Source of the DNA: Candidatus Omnitrophota bacterium
GTDB lineage: Bacteria; Omnitrophota; Gorgyraeia; 2-01-FULL-45-10
Assembly: GCA_041663425.1 (NCBI GenBank)
Contig: JBAYMS010000004.1
Coordinates: forward strand, 2,213 to 66,212
Length of the DNA stretch: 64,000 nucleotides
Direction: 5' to 3'
Made by a program: the position numbers and the translations under genes. Below the pieces are notes generated by a model that was given only the letters and a program-made list of their open reading frames with translations, ran no database searches and was not told the DNA's origin. Positions 10,704-18,387 of this stretch are shown one piece after another (position 1 is the stretch's first letter; every line of letters starts with the position of its first letter).

Positions 10704-10789
10704 GCTTCGGACGCGTAATTTTCAACCATGTGAAAATTACGCTCGGGAAAAATTGCTCGGACGCTGCCTCGCAATTTTTACGCCGAAGC
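10704..10789. repeat. Copy A of a roughly 85-nt structured palindromic element (closing stem GCTTCGG/CCGAAGC + hairpin 10713-10742 + hairpin 10748-10779); inverted homolog of 11901-11983
   Basis: Hand alignment to the reverse complement of 11901-11983 shows about 80% identity over ~68 nt including a near-identical 14-nt loop TCGGACGCTGCCTC, with compensatory differences in all three stems. Confidence 0.6.
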
Positions 10790-10884
10790 TCACCACTTCG
10801 CCACATCACATTCATGGTGAGCGAAAAGGTTTACTGGAATTACGGTTGCCCTGGGACACGTTCAATATCAAAACCGGGGATAGC

Positions 10885-10914
10885 TTGAAGGTTGCAGATT
10901 GTACCAGGTACAAT
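10885..10914 (+). promoter_or_regulatory. Sigma70-like promoter (TTGAAG-N18-TACAAT) overlapping a 17-bp perfect palindrome ATTGTACC-A-GGTACAAT (10898-10914)
   Basis: Hexamers and palindrome read directly; located 30 nt upstream of orphan ORF start at 10946 (RBS aagg at 10935). Confidence 0.45.
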
Positions 10915-10945
10915 ATATAGTCTTAGATAATATAAGGTTTATATT

Positions 10946-11764
10946 ATGAATAATAAGAAACCATTTGCTAACTGGGTCGTGGATGAATGGGACGCCTTTA
11001 TCGAAGTATGGCGGAATAGACGTATGCTAGCAATTATTGTATTAGTAATAATTGTAGGGATAGTGGCATACTGGATTATAGATAAGGGGGCTATGGTTAG
11101 GATAATTAGTGATCTTAAAGCGCAGGTTGCTAAGATTCAGACAGAAAATAAAGAGCTTGCCGTAGAGAAGAATTTGCTTCGCATTGAAAATACTAGCTTA
11201 AAAGAAACTGTTGCACCCCTTCTTAAGCAAGCCGCCAAGGAATTTCCAGGAGAAGAAATTAATGAGTCGTTAAAAAAAATAGTTACTAGACTGAACGCAG
11301 TCGCACCGCTTAGTCAACCAATACGAGTGGCTACCGCAGCCATTGAAGTACGGATCAAGTCCGAAGAGAGTTTAAATAGTCATTTTATGGATCGGGGTGC
11401 TTATATTGCATTTGCTAAAGAAGGATCTGGTTTTGCTTTTGGAACACAAAAGGAAATATTCGTGATTATGAAATCTTTAGATTGTTTTGCTAATCAATTG
11501 GGAGAAGGGGAGGTTGCATATAAAGCACTCTGTAATATGGATGTTGGTAAGGGCATTACTGAAAAGCCCATCTCCCATCTTAATGACGCTAATTATATTG
11601 AAGTAGGATTTTCGCCGATGTTAAAAAAAAGTGATGTAGATGTAACGGGAGGGTCTATTGTTTGTACATTTAATAGTCTGGTTCGTGCAGAATTAAATAT
11701 TCCTCCACAGAAAATGTCTAATGGTGTAATTGTAATTCGCGATGCTAAAATATCTTTAAAGTAG
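10946..11764 (+). CDS. Hypothetical membrane-anchored coiled-coil protein (orphan, AT-rich, likely horizontally acquired)
   Basis: 272 aa; short cytoplasmic N-term, one TM helix (LAIIVLVIIVGIVAYWII), ~80-aa heptad/coiled-coil segment, ~150-aa C-terminal globular domain with no family I recognise; codon usage visibly more A/T-rich than neighbours. Confidence 0.6.
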   Translation: MNNKKPFANWVVDEWDAFIEVWRNRRMLAIIVLVIIVGIVAYWIIDKGAMVRIISDLKAQVAKIQTENKELAVEKNLLRIENTSLKETVAPLLKQAAKEFPGEEINESLKKIVTRLNAVAPLSQPIRVATAAIEVRIKSEESLNSHFMDRGAYIAFAKEGSGFAFGTQKEIFVIMKSLDCFANQLGEGEVAYKALCNMDVGKGITEKPISHLNDANYIEVGFSPMLKKSDVDVTGGSIVCTFNSLVRAELNIPPQKMSNGVIVIRDAKISLK

Positions 11765-11900
11765 TTGTTGGAAATTTAGCTCTGGAATTAGTGCATAGTT
11801 GAATGCTCGAGAGGGCTGTGTTTACGCGACGATGTGCGCCAGATTGAGCGAGGAAATTTTTCGACTCTGTAGTAGAAATTCCCGCAGGGATTTGTGACGA

Positions 11901-11983
11901 GCGGGGCGTTAAAATTTCGAGGCAGCGTACGAGAAATTTTACAGAGCAAATTTTTTACATGGCTGAAAAATTTGCGTCCCCGC
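11901..11983. repeat. Copy B (inverted) of the ~85-nt structured element; closing stem GCGGGG/CCCCGC, hairpin 11946-11975, second hairpin 11909-11940
   Basis: Reverse complement aligns with 10704-10789; flanked by short mutually inverted hairpins 11875-11896 and 11988-12009. Confidence 0.6.
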
Positions 11984-12035
11984 GAGGCACAATCCCGGAA
12001 GGGAATTCCTCGAGGGATGAAAATTTAGGAGTGAG

Positions 12036-13304
12036 ATGCTTTACGACATAGGATTTTTCATATTTTCACTGTTCTACTTGCCGACTTTGATATTCAAGGG
12101 CAAGCTGCATGGTGACTTTGGCGAAAGGTTCGGCTTTTACGGCAGGGAGAAGCGCGCGGCGCTTGCGCAGGCCAAGGGCGCGATATGGATACAGGCGGTG
12201 AGTGTCGGAGAAGTTGCGCTCTGCAGGAGCCTTGTTCCGATGATGCGCGAAAAGTTTCCGCAGCATCCGATAGTCTTTTCGACGATAACAAAGACAGGTA
12301 ATGAGCTTGCCAGGAAATTGTTTTCCAAAGATGCGGTGATCATATATTTCCCGCTCGACTTTTCGTTCGTTGTTAAAAAAGTGATCCGCATGATAAAACC
12401 GAAGATGTATGTTATGGTAGAGACGGAGATATGGCCCAACTTTCTTAAGACGATAGAACGCAATACGATCCCTGCCATTCTTATAAACGGAAGGATCTCG
12501 GATAAGTCCTTCGGGAAATATGAGATGGCGAGGCCGTTCCTTCAGAAGATAATAAAGAATATGAACTCTCTGTGCATGCAGTCGAAGACCGATGCGGACA
12601 GGATAATAAAGATGGGCGCTGCCGCTGAAAAAGTAAAAGTCACCGGCAACATGAAGTTCGACGTTCCGGCCAAGCCCATCCAGTCCTCAGGCGATGAGCT
12701 CAAGAAACAGCTTGGGCTCGAGGAGGGCGATGAGCTTCTTGTGGCGGGATCGACGCATCCGGGCGAGGAAGAGGCGGTTATTGATGCGTATCAGGATATT
12801 GTTAAAAAGATCCCCGGCCTTAAACTTCTGATAGCTCCGCGCCACATCGATCGCGCGGATGAGGTTGCGGAAGTCGCCAGGGGCTGCGGATTTAATCCTG
12901 TTAAATTGTCTGTCCTGCAGTCGGATGCCTCTAATTCCCAGATTTTCATATTGGATACAATAGGCCGCCTGAACGATTTCTATTCGATCGCATCGGCCGT
13001 ATTTGTTGGCGGCAGCCTTATACCGCACGGCGGACAGAACCCGATAGAGCCCGCTATTTATGGTAAGCCCGTGATATTCGGGCCGTATATGTTCAATTTT
13101 AAAGGTATCGCCGAAGCGTTTCTCAGCAAAGATGCGGCAATACGGGTTGATGCTGCAGGTGACCTGACTGCCGTCCTTTATAATATGCTGGCGAATAAAA
13201 ATAGACAGGCGGAGGTCGGCTTGCGCGCCAAAGAGGTTATTGCCGCAAATAGGGGTGCCACAGAAAACGTATTGAATGAAATGGGCAGGTTCCTGAATGC
13301 GTAA
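12036..13304 (+). CDS. waaA: 3-deoxy-D-manno-octulosonic acid (Kdo) transferase
   Basis: 422 aa; N-terminal membrane anchor, GT30 N-domain (IWIQAVSVGEV) and C-terminal GT-B domain; followed by lpxK. Confidence 0.9.
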   Translation: MLYDIGFFIFSLFYLPTLIFKGKLHGDFGERFGFYGREKRAALAQAKGAIWIQAVSVGEVALCRSLVPMMREKFPQHPIVFSTITKTGNELARKLFSKDAVIIYFPLDFSFVVKKVIRMIKPKMYVMVETEIWPNFLKTIERNTIPAILINGRISDKSFGKYEMARPFLQKIIKNMNSLCMQSKTDADRIIKMGAAAEKVKVTGNMKFDVPAKPIQSSGDELKKQLGLEEGDELLVAGSTHPGEEEAVIDAYQDIVKKIPGLKLLIAPRHIDRADEVAEVARGCGFNPVKLSVLQSDASNSQIFILDTIGRLNDFYSIASAVFVGGSLIPHGGQNPIEPAIYGKPVIFGPYMFNFKGIAEAFLSKDAAIRVDAAGDLTAVLYNMLANKNRQAEVGLRAKEVIAANRGATENVLNEMGRFLNA

Positions 13305-14334
13305 TTTTATTTATTCGCTCATGACCGATAAACGCAAAGGCGCGTTTTATTCTATTTTGAAATTTATACTTTATGCCGTTTCTCTCGCTTATGGAGCGGC
13401 TATCCTGGTCAGGCGGCTTTTTTATACTGTCGGGATATTTAAGTCCGAAAAGGTCCCTCTGAAAATTATATCAGTAGGAAATCTCACCCTGGGGGGTACG
13501 GGGAAGACGCCTTTCGTCATATGGCTTGTCGATATGCTGGATGAAGAGTTTGATAAAAAGGCGAGCGTTCTTATCCGCGGTTATGGCTGGGACGAGCAGA
13601 CGATGCTTAAACGAAAACTTCCTGACACACCTATCATGGTCGGCGAGGATAGGGCAAGGTCAGCTCACAAAGCGATAAAATTATATGGAAGCGACACAGC
13701 GGTGCTGGACGACGGTTTTCAGCACTGGGAGCTATCGCGCAATATCGATATAGTGCTGATAGATTCCCGCAACCCTTTTGGTAATGGATTTCTGTTTCCG
13801 CGCGGCGTTCTTAGGGAGACCAAGGAGGCGCTCAAGCGGGCATCGGTTGTTGTGTTTACGAAGACGGATAAAAAAAATGCAGAACTTGACAATGTAAAGA
13901 GAGAGATTAAAAATATAAACGATAATATTGTATTCCTGGAAGCGGTCCACAGGCCTTTTTATGTAAATGACCTAAAAGGCCGTAAAGACCGCCCTCTGGA
14001 ATTTTTGAAAGGGAAAAGGGTCGTCCTTCTTTCGAGCATAGGAGATCCGGGTTATTTTGCCGATACGGTCCGCTCTCTGGGGGCGGATATAGCAGAGCAT
14101 ATAATATTTGCAGATCATCATAATTACAAAGAGTCGGACGCGGAACTCATAGTGAAGCGCTGCAATGAGCGGAAGTTTGATTTTATTTTAACTACGGAAA
14201 AGGATGAAGTTAAATTGCGCAGGATGTCGCTGTCGTTTGCGGGTTATCCCGTAATGACGCTTGCTATAAAGATGGACATTCTTTCAGGGAAGGAGCTTTT
14301 AGTTGATAGATTACGCAGCTTATATACTCGTTAA
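13297..14334 (+). CDS. lpxK: Tetraacyldisaccharide 4'-kinase
   Basis: 345 aa; P-loop VGNLTLGGTGKTP characteristic of LpxK; overlaps waaA stop by 8 nt. Confidence 0.9.
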   Translation: MRNFIYSLMTDKRKGAFYSILKFILYAVSLAYGAAILVRRLFYTVGIFKSEKVPLKIISVGNLTLGGTGKTPFVIWLVDMLDEEFDKKASVLIRGYGWDEQTMLKRKLPDTPIMVGEDRARSAHKAIKLYGSDTAVLDDGFQHWELSRNIDIVLIDSRNPFGNGFLFPRGVLRETKEALKRASVVVFTKTDKKNAELDNVKREIKNINDNIVFLEAVHRPFYVNDLKGRKDRPLEFLKGKRVVLLSSIGDPGYFADTVRSLGADIAEHIIFADHHNYKESDAELIVKRCNERKFDFILTTEKDEVKLRRMSLSFAGYPVMTLAIKMDILSGKELLVDRLRSLYTR

Positions 14335-16249
14335 GGCGCTGAATAAAATATTCAGCATTGTGCCTATAAGCGTATCTTTGTGGCTGGGCAGGCGCATAGG
14401 CGACTTTGCTTTTTTTGTCAATAAAAAGCGGAGGCTCGTGGCGTATGCCAATCTGAAATCCGCGTTCGCATCTGAAAAGACACCTGCGGAATTACGGCAG
14501 ATCACCAAGAGAATTTACCGGAATATGGTCCAGACTTTTGTCGAGCTGCTCAACCTGACAAAGATAAACCGGAAGTATGTAGATAAATACGTCGAAGTCG
14601 TGAATATGGAACGCATACGGAATGCCGCGAAATCCGGCAGGGGGACGGTGCTTCTGACTGCCCATTTCGGCGACTGGGAACTGTCGAGCCTGGTGAGTTC
14701 AGTGGAAGGGTTTCCGATACTGGTCCTTGCCAGGGAGCAGAAGATGAAGCGGCTGAATGAGCTGCTGAACCAGCTTCGTGAATCCAACGGCTGCAAAGTT
14801 ATCAGGAAAGGGATGGACGTCCGGAATATACTTAAGGCGCTGCGCGGTAAAAATATTGTAGGCGTGCTGTCGGATCAGGATGCTGGTAAAAAAGGCATGT
14901 TCGTTGATTTTTTCGGCAGGCCGACATCCTGTCATTCCGGACCTTTCGAAATAGCAAAACATACAGATTCGCTGATATTGCCTAATTTTATAGTCCGCAC
15001 AGGCGGGCCATATCATAAGCTTTATCTTGAAGAATATATTGATTTCCGTAATACGAATAGTCCCGATGATATAAAAGAGAACCTGCAGAAGTTTGCGAAG
15101 CTTCTCGAAAGCTATGTCCGGAAGTATCCCGATCAGTGGCTATGGCTTCACAAGAGATGGAAATCTACTCCTGTCAGGACGACGCTCGTCCTGAATGACG
15201 GAAAGGCCGGTCATCTGAACCAGTCTCTGGCTGTCGCAAAAGAGCTTCGCAGGGCGCGCATGACGCAGGGCTTTAAAGCGGAAGATACAAATATAGTAGT
15301 AGTTGATGTAAAGTATAAGAGCAAATTTTCCAGGGCGATACTTACGGCCGCCTCGCTTTTTGCAGGCTGGCGCTGTCACGGCCGGATGGGTATTATGAAA
15401 TTCTGTCTCGAAGAAAACACGTATGAAACTTTAATGAAGACGTATTCGGAGTTCGTAATATCGTGCGGATCCGCAACTACGCCTGTAAATATTTTCATGT
15501 CAAAAGAGAACAACGCGAAAAATATAACTATAATGACGCCTATGCTTGCGCCATTTACCATGCGTAAATTTAAACTTGCTATAATTCCGCGCCATGATCA
15601 TCCCGCCCGGACAAAGAATGTGGTCGTGACCGAGATCGCCCCTAACCTGGTGGATGCGGACAGGATGAAACGTGATGCAGCCAGTCTTAAAGAACAGATA
15701 GGCGGCGGCGTCGGAGATTCTGTAGCGTTATTTATCGGCGGTGACAATCCGGAATTCTCGATGGCCAGAGATATTGTCAATTCAGCCATAGAGGGGGTAA
15801 CAGAATTTTGTGATCGCTCCGGAGCGTCTATTTTTGCAACGACATCAAGAAGGACATCGCCTGAGATCGAAGGTATTCTGAAGAACAGGCTGCAGAATTA
15901 TCCGAAATGTAAGTTCCTCGTGATAGCTAACGAAAAGAACTTTGATTTTACGGTAAGCGGTATGCTTGCGTCATGTAAGGTTGCAGTGGTCTCGGAGGAA
16001 TCGATATCTATGGTCTCGGAGGCCATCTCTGCAGGCAGGAAAGTTATTGTATTCCGCCTGTCGAAAAAGAATGACGCTGTGACTAAACATGAACGTGCGC
16101 TTAAGACGCTTGCCGATCAGGGGTATATTGCTATTGTTGAAGCGTCAGGGCTGGTCGCAGCGCTTGAGAAAGCCTGGAATGATAAAACGGCCGTAAAGCC
16201 GCCTGAAGATATGGACCGTATCTTCGAGGCGCTTAAAAGGTTGATTTAA
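14303..16249 (+). CDS. lpxL: Fusion protein: lipid A biosynthesis (Kdo2-lipid IVA) acyltransferase LpxL/HtrB family (N-term ~290 aa) + ELM1/DUF1022-like putative GT-B domain (C-term ~350 aa)
   Basis: 648 aa; N-domain has the Lip_A_acyltrans hallmarks (LTAHFGDWEL, ...YPDQWLWLHKRWK); C-domain begins VLNDGKAGHLNQSLAVAKEL resembling bacterial Mito_fiss_Elm1 (PF06258) proteins; TTG start, overlaps lpxK 3' end by 32 nt. Confidence 0.7.
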   Translation: MIDYAAYILVKALNKIFSIVPISVSLWLGRRIGDFAFFVNKKRRLVAYANLKSAFASEKTPAELRQITKRIYRNMVQTFVELLNLTKINRKYVDKYVEVVNMERIRNAAKSGRGTVLLTAHFGDWELSSLVSSVEGFPILVLAREQKMKRLNELLNQLRESNGCKVIRKGMDVRNILKALRGKNIVGVLSDQDAGKKGMFVDFFGRPTSCHSGPFEIAKHTDSLILPNFIVRTGGPYHKLYLEEYIDFRNTNSPDDIKENLQKFAKLLESYVRKYPDQWLWLHKRWKSTPVRTTLVLNDGKAGHLNQSLAVAKELRRARMTQGFKAEDTNIVVVDVKYKSKFSRAILTAASLFAGWRCHGRMGIMKFCLEENTYETLMKTYSEFVISCGSATTPVNIFMSKENNAKNITIMTPMLAPFTMRKFKLAIIPRHDHPARTKNVVVTEIAPNLVDADRMKRDAASLKEQIGGGVGDSVALFIGGDNPEFSMARDIVNSAIEGVTEFCDRSGASIFATTSRRTSPEIEGILKNRLQNYPKCKFLVIANEKNFDFTVSGMLASCKVAVVSEESISMVSEAISAGRKVIVFRLSKKNDAVTKHERALKTLADQGYIAIVEASGLVAALEKAWNDKTAVKPPEDMDRIFEALKRLI

Positions 16250-16254
16250 ACTAA

Positions 16255-18387
16255 ATGAATATACTGCAGATATTACCATCGCTGGATGTGGGAGGGGTTG
16301 AGACCGGGACGGTTGACCTGGCGAAATATCTTGTCGCCCATGGACACAAGGCCATAACGGTTTCAAGCGGCGGCCGTCTTGTAAGGGAACTCGACTCGAT
16401 AGGCGCGCGTCATTATAATCTGCCCGTAGGTAAAAAGTCTCTCATATCGATCATACAAATGATAAAAGAGCTGCGCGAGATAATCCGCAAAGAGGATATC
16501 GATGTAGTTCATGCGCGTTCCCGCGTGCCTGCGCTTATAGCCTATTTTGCCTGCAAATCATCCGGCAGGGCATTTATCACTACCGCTCACGGGTATTATA
16601 AGAAACACATGATGAGCGAGGCTATGGGCTGGGGTAAATACGTTATAGTTGCTTCTAATGTGATGGCCAAGCACATGATGAATAATTTTAAAGTCCCGTA
16701 TGACAGGATACGGCTTATCCCCCGCGGCGTGGACCTTGAAAGATTTACATTCAGAGATCCATCTTCCCGCCGGTCAGAATGGTTTGTTGTGGGGATGGTA
16801 TCGAGGATAACGCCTCTTAAAGGTCATGCCGATTTTGTCAGGGCCATATCCATATTAAGCCGCCAGATCCCAAACCTGAAAGCCGTCATAGTCGGCAGTG
16901 CACCGAAGGCAAAATATAAAGAGGATATCGAGCTTTTGATAAGAAGGCTGGGCCTTTCCAATATGATCGAGTTTCTTCCGGCTACGCATGATGTGCCGAA
17001 TATAATGCGCGGACTGGACGTGCTCGTATCTGCCACTACCACACCGGAAGCTTTCGGCAGGGTCATCATAGAGGCTCAGGCATCGGGCGTTCCGGTAGTT
17101 GCTACGCAGGTAGGCGGGGTAGTAGACATTATAGACGACAGGAAGACGGGGCTTCTGTGCCATCCTCAGAACCCGAAAGAGATGGCCGAAAAGATCCTGG
17201 AATTGCATAAAGATAAGGGGTTGTGGACGAGCCTTGCGGTTGAATCCAAAAAAAACGTGGAGACTTATTTCAATTTAAATAAGATGATGAATAGGACGAT
17301 CGCTGTCTACGAAGAAGCGATTGAAACTTTGAATATACTTGTAATAAAGATAAGTGCGATCGGTGATGTGATATTGAGCGTTCCCTCTCTTAAAGCGATA
17401 CGTGAAAAATATCCTAAGGCAAACATAAAGGTCCTGGTCGGTGTCCAGGCTCGGGAAGTGCTCGACAGGTGCCCGTATATCAATGACAGGATAGTCTGTG
17501 ATTTTAAGGGAAAGCATCACGGGCTGTTAGGCCTGTGGCGGCTTGGAGAAGAATTGCGCGCGTCGTGTTTTGACATAGTGATAGACCTCCAGAATTCCAA
17601 GAAGAGCCATATCCTTGCAGCGCTGAGTTTTGCACCCCTTAGATACGGATACGACAATAGGAAATTATCATTCCTGCTTAACAAGAGATTGAGAGACGAC
17701 GCTCCGCATCTTGACCCTGTAGAGCATCAGTTCAGGACGCTCAGAATGGCGGGCATAAAGCCTCAGGATAAATGTCTGGCACTTTGGCCGTCAGGTGCCG
17801 AGGAAAAACAGGTTGAGAAACTTTTAACCGACGGTTGGATGAAACCTACCACGGAGCTTGTCGGTATAAACGTCAGGGCGTCTGCCAGGTGGGTTACAAA
17901 GAACTGGCCGATAGCGAATATCGCCGAGCTGTGTGACAGGCTTGCCAGGGAATTTAATGTCAGGGTTGTTCTGACCGGCGCTGAAGAGGATGCGGGATTT
18001 GCCCAGGCGATAGCAAAGATGAGCAAATCTAAACCTCTGAACGCTGCAGGGAAGACCAGCGTCCTCGAGCTTGCCGCCCTGATCAGCCGTTTCAAAGTTT
18101 ATTTAACACCCGATTCCGCGCCCATGCATATAGCTACGGCGGTCGGGACTCCATGCATCGCATTATTTGGGCCTACGGATCCGGCGCGCCATGCGGTTCC
18201 GGTTAAGACGTGCATAGTGATCAGCAAAAAAGATGAATTGAAATGCAGTCCGTGCTACAGCCCCACTTGTGTAAAAAATTTCATGTGTATGAAAAAGATA
18301 TCGGTGGAAGAAGTCCTTGAGGCCATGCGGCCATATCTTAAAGAAGAGGCGAGAGTTGAAAGTACTGCAGATAACAACGCACATTAA
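16255..18387 (+). CDS. Fusion glycosyltransferase: GT4 (N-term ~350 aa) + GT9 ADP-heptose:LPS heptosyltransferase-like domain (C-term from ~17335)
   Basis: 710 aa; N-domain GT4 features (E...G.PVVAT..GG motif VIIEAQASGVPVVATQVGG); C-domain ILVIKISAIGDVILSVPSL...DSAPMHIATAVGTPCIALFGPTDP typical of WaaC/WaaF family; C-terminal Cys4 motif. Confidence 0.8.
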   Translation: MNILQILPSLDVGGVETGTVDLAKYLVAHGHKAITVSSGGRLVRELDSIGARHYNLPVGKKSLISIIQMIKELREIIRKEDIDVVHARSRVPALIAYFACKSSGRAFITTAHGYYKKHMMSEAMGWGKYVIVASNVMAKHMMNNFKVPYDRIRLIPRGVDLERFTFRDPSSRRSEWFVVGMVSRITPLKGHADFVRAISILSRQIPNLKAVIVGSAPKAKYKEDIELLIRRLGLSNMIEFLPATHDVPNIMRGLDVLVSATTTPEAFGRVIIEAQASGVPVVATQVGGVVDIIDDRKTGLLCHPQNPKEMAEKILELHKDKGLWTSLAVESKKNVETYFNLNKMMNRTIAVYEEAIETLNILVIKISAIGDVILSVPSLKAIREKYPKANIKVLVGVQAREVLDRCPYINDRIVCDFKGKHHGLLGLWRLGEELRASCFDIVIDLQNSKKSHILAALSFAPLRYGYDNRKLSFLLNKRLRDDAPHLDPVEHQFRTLRMAGIKPQDKCLALWPSGAEEKQVEKLLTDGWMKPTTELVGINVRASARWVTKNWPIANIAELCDRLAREFNVRVVLTGAEEDAGFAQAIAKMSKSKPLNAAGKTSVLELAALISRFKVYLTPDSAPMHIATAVGTPCIALFGPTDPARHAVPVKTCIVISKKDELKCSPCYSPTCVKNFMCMKKISVEEVLEAMRPYLKEEARVESTADNNAH

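Noticed and set aside
10466-10815. Minus-strand ORFs 10466-10774 and 10534-10815 straddling the xerC 3' end and the gap
   Set aside because: They mostly overlap xerC antisense and run into the palindromic element; no support as genes
10898-10914. Considered the 17-bp palindrome as a dif / XerCD recombination site because xerC is adjacent
   Set aside because: dif sites are 28 bp with 11-bp arms around a 6-bp central region; this is an 8-1-8 dyad at an operator position within a promoter, so a repressor site is the better reading
10682-10920. Two overlapping plus-strand ORFs (68 and 78 aa) in the xerC-downstream gap
   Set aside because: They span the structured palindromic element; nested inverted repeats with compensatory changes explain the region better than coding; no RBS; Cys/Arg-rich improbable peptides
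10664-12035. Retron, group II intron or IS element explanation for the inverted-repeat-bracketed region
   Set aside because: No reverse transcriptase, maturase or transposase ORF is present; the only ORF is a TM/coiled-coil protein; hence the non-autonomous (MITE-flanked) or ncRNA interpretations were preferred
18317-18387. 71-nt overlap between the GT4-GT9 fusion and the next GT4 gene, suggesting a possible frameshifted single gene
   Set aside because: A TTG at 18356 with an upstream purine-rich stretch gives a sensible GT4 N-terminus (LKVLQITTHINIGG) and reduces the overlap; both ORFs are full-length domains, so two genes is the simpler model
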